In this document: one piece after another, positions 26,985 through 33,895 of the stretch
Layout of the letters: every line of letters starts with the position of its first letter
Position numbering within the stretch: the first letter of the stretch is position 1
Virus record (IMG/VR): IMGVR_UViG_3300027563_000022
Coordinates: 1-33,895 of that record
Source: a virus
Taxonomy: Duplodnaviria; Caudoviricetes
Length of the DNA: 33,895 nt
Reading direction: 5' to 3' (one strand)
Notes under the pieces: generated by a model
What the model was told of the DNA's origin: nothing
The model's input: only the letters and a program-made list of their open reading frames with translations
Databases searched by the model: none
Position numbers and translations under genes: made by a program

Positions 26985-28628
26985 TTACTTAAGTAGTGTT
27001 CCCATAACAGTAACTGTTGAGTTATTGTTAGCGGTTGTTACTAATAGTTGTACATTTGCTCCAGAAACTCCTGCTGAAATTGATGACGCTGAGCCATTTG
27101 TTCCAACAATTGCATACTCTGTAATTGCAATGTTATCTGAAGTGTCAAGTGTCAAAAGAACCTTTGAAACTTCAGTGTGTGTTCCGTAAGCAACCTTTAC
27201 AAGGTATTCTGCTGAACGGTAGTCAGCCTTTGCGAAAGCGTGGGCTGTCTGAACTCCTGCTGTTGGTGCTGCTAGTGTTGCTGCAACCTGCTTTGCAACT
27301 GAGTTTAACTCAACTTCTGCAAAGTCTGGTGTTACTGCTTCAAGAGCAGATACTGCACGAGCATTTGTGAAGTAGAGGTTTGTTCCTTCGGCAAGATCAG
27401 ATGTAGTAGAATCTGCTACACCGTTTTCTGCTGATATTACAAGACCGTTTTCATCACCTGTGATTGTAATGTTTGTCTTTGTTGCTGTTGTAATAAGGTT
27501 TGCTGCTGCAATCTTAGCACGAGATGTAGTAAAGTACTGCGCTGTTCCTTCTGCTACATCAGATGTTGTAAGCGCATCTGCGTGTGCAATTGCTGCGATA
27601 CGGGCTGCATCTGACTTATTAGTTGCATCTGTTGATGCTGTAGAAATTGCATTTGTAACTGCTGTTGCTCTAAGTGCTGCTTCTGCTGCTACCTTATCGG
27701 TTGCATCAGTTGCTGCTGCTGCGATTGCATCAGATTCTGCTGTATTAGCATAACCCTGTGCTGCTGTGTCAAGATCAGAAATTTCTGAGTTAACGTATGA
27801 TGTGTCAGCCTTTGTTCCAACAAGAGTTGTAAGGTTTGTGATTGTGTCTGGTGAATTACCAATTGCTACAGCCAACTCATTAAGAGTGTCTAGAAGTTCT
27901 GGCGCTGAATCAACAAGTGCTGAAACTGCTCCATCTGTATAAAGGTTTGCTGCAGTTAATGCATTGTTAGCCTTTGTAGTTGCATCTGCTGAGGCTGTTG
28001 CTTCTGCGTCTGATTGTGCTAGGTCTGCATAAGCCTGTGTTGCAAGAACATCTGCACCCCACTTGACAGAAGATCCTGCTGCTGGAGTAAGAACGATATG
28101 AGAATCAGAATTGATTGTCATTGCTCCTGCGCCAGTGAAGTTAAGTGTATCTCCAATAGTCTTGTTTGTTAATGTTTGTGTGTTTGTTGTTCCAACTACC
28201 GCACCTGTTGCACCGTGTGCGACTGTTAGGTTAGAGTGTGTTGTAAGGTCTGCTGCTGCATCTGCTGCTGCATCTGCTGCTGCGCCAAGAACATCGTATG
28301 ATGCTGCTGTTGCTGCAATTGCACGAGCATCTGTAAAGTATTTGTTTGTTGCATTTTCTGCAAGGTCTGCAGTGTCATGGTTTGAAATATCTGATACTTG
28401 ACCAGTTACGTCTGCTGTTATTGTTCCTGCAGCAAAGTTACCTGAAGCATCACGCTTTACAACCTTGTTTGCTTCGTTAGCAGATGTTGCTGTACCACCG
28501 ATAAGATTAACGATGTAATCTTGATCTGCTGTCTTCTTTGTTAGGATGTCCTGGTTATTGATTGTACCTGTTGTACCTTCAACTACGAGTCCCGCCTTTA
28601 CTTTGAAATCTTTTACTACTGTTGCCAT
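26985..28628 (-). CDS. Tail fibre-like virion protein (547 aa)
   Basis: 'KDFKVKAGL' start; 'RDASGNF', three 'T-x-D-[LV]-A-E...YFT' repeats, 'TQTLTNKT', 'APELLDTLNEL'; C-terminal beta domain. Confidence 0.75.
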   Translation of the reverse strand: MATVVKDFKVKAGLVVEGTTGTINNQDILTKKTADQDYIVNLIGGTATSANEANKVVKRDASGNFAAGTITADVTGQVSDISNHDTADLAENATNKYFTDARAIAATAASYDVLGAAADAAADAAADLTTHSNLTVAHGATGAVVGTTNTQTLTNKTIGDTLNFTGAGAMTINSDSHIVLTPAAGSSVKWGADVLATQAYADLAQSDAEATASADATTKANNALTAANLYTDGAVSALVDSAPELLDTLNELAVAIGNSPDTITNLTTLVGTKADTSYVNSEISDLDTAAQGYANTAESDAIAAAATDATDKVAAEAALRATAVTNAISTASTDATNKSDAARIAAIAHADALTTSDVAEGTAQYFTTSRAKIAAANLITTATKTNITITGDENGLVISAENGVADSTTSDLAEGTNLYFTNARAVSALEAVTPDFAEVELNSVAKQVAATLAAPTAGVQTAHAFAKADYRSAEYLVKVAYGTHTEVSKVLLTLDTSDNIAITEYAIVGTNGSASSISAGVSGANVQLLVTTANNNSTVTVMGTLLK

Positions 28629-28644
28629 TTTTTTATCTCCTTAG

Positions 28645-29091
28645 TTATGCCTTAAGTCCAATTCGTGCGTAACGAACTGTGACTGGCTTGATCGCAGGAT
28701 CTGGAGTGACTGTTAAAGCCACGGTATTTCCAGTGCGAGAGACATTAATGGTGCCAATATTCCCATTCGTGTCGATAGTGCCGTACTCACTGACTGATAC
28801 ATCTGTACCGTCAACAAGAATTGTTAATTCAGTTGCATAGAACTTGTTGTCCCCTGCAGAGGTCTTTGATATTGAAATAATATACTTGACCATACGCCAA
28901 ACTGTAGCATCGAAGTTATCGATAACAGTTGGATTTTCCAATCCATAAATTGTGTTATCGTTATTTCCTGATGAACCTAGATCGTTACCTGAACTTGCAA
29001 GGGTATCAATTAAATCTTCATAATCTCCTTGAGTAGGACGATCACCAGTTTGGAATTTTGTCTTTATTGCTGCGATTGTTGACTTTGCCAT
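28645..29091 (-). CDS. Virion structural protein (148 aa)
   Basis: 'KTKFQTGDRPTQGDYEDLID' N-terminal motif; C-terminal domain similar to that of 26985..28628. Confidence 0.65.
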   Translation of the reverse strand: MAKSTIAAIKTKFQTGDRPTQGDYEDLIDTLASSGNDLGSSGNNDNTIYGLENPTVIDNFDATVWRMVKYIISISKTSAGDNKFYATELTILVDGTDVSVSEYGTIDTNGNIGTINVSRTGNTVALTVTPDPAIKPVTVRYARIGLKA

Positions 29092-29097
29092 GGTTAT

Positions 29098-29103
29098 ATT
29101 ATA
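29098..29103 (-). promoter_or_regulatory. -10 box TATAAT, leaderless start
   Basis: 6 nt upstream of ATG 29091. Confidence 0.55.
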
Positions 29104-29122
29104 ACCTCCATTTTTTAAAATA

Positions 29123-29347
29123 TCAAAGTATATAGTTATTCAAACCGACCACTGCAATACCAATTGGAGCGGGATTTGAAGCGCTATAGGCATTGATTCC
29201 TATATTTGTAAACTTTACCCTAAAGGGTAAAACCTCATTTATTTTTACTGATCTTGTATCACTTGCTACATTTATAATTGCATAAGATACTGCGTTGATT
29301 GCTTTTAGTTTATTAGTTTTTTTACTTGATATTTTTGATGATGCCAT
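29123..29347 (-). CDS. Small hypothetical virion-module protein (74 aa)
   Basis: TAATG coupling to the upstream gene; ends 'PAPIGIAVVGLNNYIL'. Confidence 0.65.
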   Translation of the reverse strand: MASSKISSKKTNKLKAINAVSYAIINVASDTRSVKINEVLPFRVKFTNIGINAYSASNPAPIGIAVVGLNNYIL

Positions 29348-29742
29348 TAATCAGTTACATCTTCAATGACTACCATTTTCCCTTGAGCGACAGTCCAAAC
29401 ATACGCATCATTTGAAAGTTGTATATCGAAGATATCTCCTGTTTGGAGCATTACTGATTCTGAAGACAAAAGAGAGACTGTGAATTCTCCAATTAAATCG
29501 TCAGCATCTGCTAATGGTGTTAAAGAAATTATTGTTGTTGCGGAGTCTGTAAATGTTCCTGCGGGGGTTGGTCTTTTAATTTTCATATTAATATCCCAGT
29601 CAGCAATTACTAAAGGTTGTTTTGCATCGTCTGTTACATAAACACGAAAAGAGGCAGTATCTCCTTTTACAATAGTCCAGTTTACAAGTGGTGGTTTATT
29701 ACCTATGTCATATGATGAAGCGGATCCACGTAAAGTTGCCAT
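29347..29742 (-). CDS. Ig-like virion protein (BppU N-terminal-like)
   Basis: 'WTIVKGDTASF...W...FDIQL...TVAQGKMVVIEDVT' is a pattern seen in fibre/baseplate attachment proteins. Confidence 0.55.
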   Translation of the reverse strand: MATLRGSASSYDIGNKPPLVNWTIVKGDTASFRVYVTDDAKQPLVIADWDINMKIKRPTPAGTFTDSATTIISLTPLADADDLIGEFTVSLLSSESVMLQTGDIFDIQLSNDAYVWTVAQGKMVVIEDVTD

Positions 29743-29748
29743 AGGTTT

Positions 29749-29757
29749 ATTATATCA
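29749..29757 (-). promoter_or_regulatory. Extended -10 promoter TGATATAAT, leaderless start
   Basis: 6 nt upstream of ATG 29742; its TGA is also the stop codon of the upstream gene. Confidence 0.7.
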
Positions 29758-30282
29758 CGACAAGCCGTCTTTAAGTGCTTTCCAAGTGCCGTTGCCTTTT
29801 GCCTGAACAATTAAAATTCCTGATACCCCTGTTGCAGCGACTACACCAACTGCAGTTGCATTTCCAGTTACTGGCCTTGTTCCTGTTAATCCACCAGTTG
29901 ATCCAATATATACTGGATTGCCATTTGTAAAACTTCCTGTACTTAAATTAATATTTTCCATAACACCAGCAACAACTACAACTCCTTCAGAGTTATTCGC
30001 AAGTGGTTGTTTTAAAAGTCCTAAAATTGGACCCACTGTTGACTGGGTTGCAAATGATATTTCTGGTTTGGTTGAATATCCAGTTATATATACTGGAGTT
30101 CCTGCAGTCAGAGATTGTCCACTTTTATTAATAACACTAATCTGAAATGCAGATATTCCTAATGGTGGAAGAATTTCGTTTAATTTTGTTACAAGCCCCT
30201 TAATGTCTCCATGGACATTTACTGGGTCTTCTGCTTCTGGGAAGGGTAAATTGAACGGGCTTCCTGAGTTTCCTGTTGCCAT
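29755..30282 (-). CDS. Putative virion decoration/cement-like protein (175 aa)
   Basis: Gly-rich duplicated 'GTPVYI / GNPVYI' pattern resembling cement/decoration domains. Confidence 0.5.
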   Translation of the reverse strand: MATGNSGSPFNLPFPEAEDPVNVHGDIKGLVTKLNEILPPLGISAFQISVINKSGQSLTAGTPVYITGYSTKPEISFATQSTVGPILGLLKQPLANNSEGVVVVAGVMENINLSTGSFTNGNPVYIGSTGGLTGTRPVTGNATAVGVVAATGVSGILIVQAKGNGTWKALKDGLS

Positions 30283-30290
30283 AATGATTC

Positions 30291-30299
30291 ATTATACCA
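30291..30299 (-). promoter_or_regulatory. Extended -10 promoter TGGTATAAT
   Basis: 8 nt upstream of ATG 30282, no SD; divergent from the plus-strand promoter. Confidence 0.7.
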
Positions 30300-30337
30300 C
30301 TTTTAAAATATAACGTTTCTTAACATTACGTTAAAAC

Positions 30338-30367
30338 TTGACAAATTATAGAAAATTATGTTATACT
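30338..30367 (+). promoter_or_regulatory. Housekeeping sigma-type promoter TTGACA-N18-TATACT with TG extension
   Basis: TTGACA 30338-30343, TG 30359-30360, TATACT 30362-30367. Confidence 0.8.
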
Positions 30368-30415
30368 TGGTAGTAACAACCCTGAAAAGGGTTTTTCGTT
30401 TCTAAGGAGGAACAG

Positions 30416-30964
30416 ATGAATATATTACAAGATAAACAAAAACTCATCGGAATACTCACGATTATAGTGTTGGCAGCGCAAGGTCTTAATGGTGCTAATG
30501 CTAGTGAACGCAACAACTTAAGTACTAAAACCGTAGTTATTGAAGACCAAGCCTCGAAAGAGGTTTTTTTGATTTCTACAGAAGAAAAGTTAAAAAAGTT
30601 TGAAAACAAGGGTTCTCTAACCGATGGCGAACTCAAGGAACTTTTATACCTCGTTGGCTTTAGGGGCAACGATCTAAAGGAGGCTTGGGCAGTAGCCAAA
30701 AAAGAGTCTAATGGGCAACCTATCAGATTTAATGGAAACACCAATACTGGAGACAGTTCTTATGGTATGTTTCAGATTAATATGATTGGAATGCTTGGTC
30801 CTGATCGTAGAGAGAAGTTTAATCTTGTCTCTAATTCAGATCTTTTAAATCCCGTCATAAATGCACAAATTGCATTTCACATGTCAGACGGTGGAAAAGA
30901 TTGGTCTTCTTGGAAGGGCATTACTCCAAGAACTAAAATGTGGATGAGTAAGTTTCCAGAATAA
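30416..30964 (+). CDS. Secreted/membrane-anchored lysozyme-like lytic transglycosylase
   Basis: AAGGAGG RBS; N-terminal hydrophobic signal; SLT-family motifs 'AVAKKES' (catalytic Glu), 'YGMFQIN', 'NAQIA', 'WSSW'. Confidence 0.85.
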   Translation: MNILQDKQKLIGILTIIVLAAQGLNGANASERNNLSTKTVVIEDQASKEVFLISTEEKLKKFENKGSLTDGELKELLYLVGFRGNDLKEAWAVAKKESNGQPIRFNGNTNTGDSSYGMFQINMIGMLGPDRREKFNLVSNSDLLNPVINAQIAFHMSDGGKDWSSWKGITPRTKMWMSKFPE

Positions 30965-30978
30965 ATAACAATATATAA

Positions 30979-31015
30979 GAATAGCCACTCTAAAAATGGG
31001 TGGCTATTTTTATTT
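30979..31015. terminator. Terminator between convergent genes, possibly bidirectional
   Basis: AATAGCCACTC-TAAAAAT-GGGTGGCTATT hairpin with a T-run on the plus strand and TTCTTAT on the minus strand. Confidence 0.8.
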
Positions 31016-31549
31016 ATTTGCTCTAATGTGTGTGTACAAGTATTCTGGACCCTCAGTAAAATACCAGTGATCTGGCTCACAAAAGAAAAAGAAAGCATTG
31101 CAAACTAAGTTATTATCAGGATCTGGAAAGGCCTCTCTCCAGTGCTCTAGATCATTGCCATATGTCATTAATGCATCATTTTCTTCTAGCAAATATGGCT
31201 TTCCCTCTACCCAGATTTCCCAGGGAGTCTTCTGAAATACACAAAAATTTATATGATAAGTGCAAGCGTTATCATCTTTATGTTTCCATAACTTTGCCTC
31301 TTTGCCTTCGTAAACTGACATAAGGCACCAAGAAGGCTTAAGCGTTTCTGACTCAAAATGCTCTCTTGCAAACTCTGTTAGTAGTTCATGAAACTTATTT
31401 AATTCTTCAGTATTTGCCCATTGGTGTCTTCCAAATGATTCATCATAGTTTGGTTGGGTTGACCACATTTTCATAGCATACTGCTGTAGTTCTTTTAGTT
31501 CTTTTGGTGGAAGTATTGTTTTTATTATTTCAGATTCTTTAATATTCAT
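31010..31549 (-). CDS. 2OG-Fe(II) oxygenase (prolyl-hydroxylase/PKHD-like fold)
   Basis: 'SVYEG..LWKHKD' (HxD), 'W' before the second strand set, distal 'LEHWRE'; likely ATG 31549 coupled by TAATG. Confidence 0.8.
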   Translation of the reverse strand: MNIKESEIIKTILPPKELKELQQYAMKMWSTQPNYDESFGRHQWANTEELNKFHELLTEFAREHFESETLKPSWCLMSVYEGKEAKLWKHKDDNACTYHINFCVFQKTPWEIWVEGKPYLLEENDALMTYGNDLEHWREAFPDPDNNLVCNAFFFFCEPDHWYFTEGPEYLYTHIRANK

Positions 31550-31788
31550 TACCATTTCCCAATCGGACAGGACGCTTTCTCAAGTTTTGTTTTTACTTTC
31601 ATAATACAGCCACACTTTTTACATTGTGTAGTTAGTTTTATAAGTTCTGGACATGCCTTGCAAATAGAAAGTCTTTCTTTTGCTTTTTCTTCATCAGCCC
31701 ATTCTGTTGCAGGGTTTACTATGTCCCAAGGCCTTGTTTCTCCAAGATTTTTTTTCCATTTTTGATACGGAGATTCATTGTTTGTCAC
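31549..31788 (-). CDS. Small Cys-rich protein (DUF6171-like)
   Basis: 'RLSICKACPEL...QCKKCGCIMKVKTKL..ASCPIGKW', six Cys. Confidence 0.75.
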   Translation of the reverse strand: MTNNESPYQKWKKNLGETRPWDIVNPATEWADEEKAKERLSICKACPELIKLTTQCKKCGCIMKVKTKLEKASCPIGKW

Positions 31789-31793
31789 TATTT

Positions 31794-32186
31794 CTACTCC
31801 TCTAATAGTTTAAAAGTTATTTCTGGGCTACTACTAAGAGCAGCAATTCTCTGATCGTTATTAGATACTCCAATACAATATCCTATTCCTCCATAATAAA
31901 CATTGTCAACCAAAAAAGCAATAGACTCACACCCCTCTACGCAAGGAGCCGTACAAGCAGGCTTGTGTTCTATTCCATCTGGGTGTACAAAAGATGAACC
32001 ATTCCAGACGCTTTTTCTTGCTGGGAAATAATTTAAATGAGTTATATTTAAAACAGTTGGACTGTTTGAAAGAGCATAACATTTATCATTTTGTAAAGGA
32101 TCTATAGGAGTTCCATCAGAATTTACATCAATAGATAAAAAATGTATGGAATCTCCATCAATATTTGCAAAAAATTCTTTTCTCAT
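31794..32186 (-). CDS. Hypothetical protein with internal duplication (130 aa)
   Basis: Two similar halves ending 'NDKCYALSNSP' and 'NDQRIAALSSSP'. Confidence 0.7.
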   Translation of the reverse strand: MRKEFFANIDGDSIHFLSIDVNSDGTPIDPLQNDKCYALSNSPTVLNITHLNYFPARKSVWNGSSFVHPDGIEHKPACTAPCVEGCESIAFLVDNVYYGGIGYCIGVSNNDQRIAALSSSPEITFKLLEE

Positions 32187-32193
32187 ATCAATT

Positions 32194-32199
32194 ATTATA
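32194..32199 (-). promoter_or_regulatory. -10 box TATAAT, leaderless start
   Basis: 7 nt upstream of ATG 32186, no SD. Confidence 0.55.
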
Positions 32200-32207
32200 C
32201 CCTATCA

Positions 32208-33809
32208 CTAGTCATTACATCCAATCACGGCTCCACAATTATCTGTAATTAAACAATATCCACCGTTACATTGAGCATCTGGGTATCCTACACAGAAGTT
32301 AGTTCCACTACACGATGGTGTAGGCGTTGGTGTTGGTGTTGGGTCTGGTGTAGGCGTTGGTGTAGGCGTTGGTGCTGTATAAGAACAGCATCTATATTGT
32401 TGATCAGTAGTTCCGTCTGAATAATAAACAGTGTCCATTCTTTCTCCACCTTCTGGGCAGTATGGATCTGATATACATGTTCCAGTTTCAGTACGCAATA
32501 TTGTTCTTTGTGTAGGAGTTGGACCAGGGCCTGTAGGTGTAGGTGCAACGTATCCACATGCAACGCTATTAACCTCATGGTCTGACCAATCAGTAGGAAC
32601 ATCATACTGATAATCATATTCAGAAAATACACCATTGATAAACTTCGATCTTCTGGAATCTATTAGTGCTCTTACTTGTCTTGTAGTTCCAGAACACCTA
32701 TATTCCTCAGTATCTTCATAAGCAACCCAATCGCTGTATGTTATGGTTGGCGTTGTTGGTGTTGGGTCAGGTGTGTAAGAGCAGCATACAGTGAGTTCAG
32801 TACTAGTTCCATCTGAATAGTAAACAGTATCTATCCTTTCTCCACCTCCTGGGCACTGTGGGAATGGCGTACATGTTCCAATTGTTCTACTTGTTTCTGT
32901 TTTTGGTGTAGGTGTTGGTACCCATGGTCTTCCATCACTGTCACAGCAAGTATCTCCGCATACAGAATCATAACTTGAAGTCATACCAGGCTTTGGACAG
33001 ACTGGGGCTGAGCAAGCAACAGAAGGATACGCTCCTGTGTTGTTATACGAACAATCTTGTGCTGAGATTGTTCCAGTACATGCAAGATCAACATTGTCAT
33101 ATGCACTAGAACATGAAACGGTGCTACTTCCATAAACTAGAGTATAAGTTGAGCCATTAACACAACATCCTGTTGCATAGTATGCATAAGATGCAGGAGG
33201 TGTTGGAGTAGCGACAGCAGTTGTAAAGGTTGTACTATTTGATGCAGAATCACCAGTATAGTTTGCATTAGCGTACAGGGTAACTGTTACAGAGTAAGTT
33301 GTTCCAGCAGAAAACCCAGAGAGTAAAACAGGAGGACCGCCTGCAGAACTAGCGCTGTTACTGCTAGATCCGTTAGATGCAATTACAGTGTATGAACCCC
33401 ATCCGCTTCCTCCCCAAGTAATATATGCTTGATTTTCAGTCCATGCTTGCCCTGGTCCTGCGCCGTATGCGATAACACCGCCAATATTTGGATAAGGAGT
33501 TGGGGTTGGTCCCACTGGAGTTGGGGTTGGTCCCACTGGAGTTGGGGTAGGCGTAGGGACTACAACATATGAATAATATTCAAAATCTATAGTTGACTCA
33601 TACTGAAGAAGTGATCCTGTATCAACTCTTCCTTTAGCCTTACCATTGTTTGAAGAATTAGCACCACCGCTATTTCCTATAGATGTTTCATTACCTAATG
33701 CAAACCCAGCGCTTGTAATTGCTGTTCTGGCCTCATTGAGAGTCAATCCTTCTAGGTTTGGGATTATCCCCATACCTTTTGAAGAAGACCATAGACCAAA
33801 ATTTAGCAT
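32208..33809 (-). CDS. PASTA-like + Pro-Thr repeat + fibronectin type III + Cys-rich protein
   Basis: 'IPNLEGLTLNEARTAITSAGF' (PASTA-like); several PTPTP tracts; FN3-like 'ITW...Y...LSGFSAGTTYSVTVT'; 26 Cys in the C-terminal ~320 aa. Confidence 0.8.
   Translation of the reverse strand: MLNFGLWSSSKGMGIIPNLEGLTLNEARTAITSAGFALGNETSIGNSGGANSSNNGKAKGRVDTGSLLQYESTIDFEYYSYVVVPTPTPTPVGPTPTPVGPTPTPYPNIGGVIAYGAGPGQAWTENQAYITWGGSGWGSYTVIASNGSSSNSASSAGGPPVLLSGFSAGTTYSVTVTLYANANYTGDSASNSTTFTTAVATPTPPASYAYYATGCCVNGSTYTLVYGSSTVSCSSAYDNVDLACTGTISAQDCSYNNTGAYPSVACSAPVCPKPGMTSSYDSVCGDTCCDSDGRPWVPTPTPKTETSRTIGTCTPFPQCPGGGERIDTVYYSDGTSTELTVCCSYTPDPTPTTPTITYSDWVAYEDTEEYRCSGTTRQVRALIDSRRSKFINGVFSEYDYQYDVPTDWSDHEVNSVACGYVAPTPTGPGPTPTQRTILRTETGTCISDPYCPEGGERMDTVYYSDGTTDQQYRCCSYTAPTPTPTPTPDPTPTPTPTPSCSGTNFCVGYPDAQCNGGYCLITDNCGAVIGCND
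32376..32879 (-). repeat. Two copies of a 36-aa Cys module (32772-32879 and 32376-32483)
   Basis: GTCTPFPQCPGGGERIDTVYYSDGTSTELTVCCSYT / GTCISDPYCPEGGERMDTVYYSDGTTDQQYRCCSYT. Confidence 0.9.
33496..33548 (-). repeat. 21-bp tandem repeat (~2.5 copies) encoding VGPTPTP
   Basis: GGAGTTGGGGTTGGTCCCACT repeated exactly on the plus strand. Confidence 0.9.
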
Positions 33810-33816
33810 TTGGAAC

Positions 33817-33895
33817 CTACGCCGTCAAATCGCCAATAAGAATCCAGGTATTGGTATCTATCTTTGAAATTACTGCACCTGAGTATTGGGCTGCA
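33817..33895 (-). CDS. C-terminal end of a fibre-like protein (partial), with a C-domain paralogous to 24557..26404
   Basis: Translates AAQYSGAVISKIDTNTWILIGDLTA*, matching RAQWSSATVLKRAANTFVVLGDLSA*. Confidence 0.75.
   Translation of the reverse strand, partial: AAQYSGAVISKIDTNTWILIGDLTA

Noticed and set aside
24557-33809. Diversity-generating retroelement, suggested by the Mtd_N-like domain and the duplicated Cys module
   Set aside because: No reverse transcriptase in the window; the two module copies are in the same ORF and their differences are not confined to adenines.
5146-33867. Other short plus-strand and alternate-frame ORFs in the track (e.g. 5722..6111, 10622..10993, 18746..19069, 23929..24243, 24071..24367, 24984..25340, 32288..32635)
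   Set aside because: They overlap well-supported genes; the repetitive ones simply mirror the coding repeats.
1-33895. Stop-codon reassignment, tRNA genes, integrase or transposase
   Set aside because: Genes are full length and densely packed under the standard code; intergenic gaps are short and I saw no cloverleaf or recombinase motifs.

Overview
This window is a segment of a low-GC tailed dsDNA phage genome with siphovirus-type morphogenesis genes. All credible genes but one are on the minus strand. In transcription order (right to left) it has: the C-terminal end of a fibre protein; a PASTA-like/FN3/Pro-Thr/Cys-rich protein with two small partner genes and a 2OG-Fe(II) oxygenase; a lone plus-strand lysozyme-like gene; and a chain of small virion/fibre genes ending in a 615-aa fibre. 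Next come a PASTA-like / His-Phe-Tyr-Gly repeat / Hint-domain protein with a tightly coupled run of putative modifying enzymes and a ferredoxin, a class II ribonucleotide reductase, and a 1247-aa protein. The core morphogenesis block follows: portal, protease/scaffold, major capsid, head-tail joining genes, major tail protein, two paralogous tail chaperones, and a tape measure gene running off the left edge. The main candidate for an undescribed system is a cassette present twice: [fibre ending in a 'GDL(S/T)A' domain] -> [PASTA-like domain + low-complexity repeat protein] -> [oxygenase/accessory genes]. It looks like a phage-encoded post-translational modification system for a virion-displayed repeat protein. 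Many genes have extended -10 promoters placed for leaderless translation, which suggests an actinobacterial host. All family assignments come from reading motifs by eye, not from database searches.
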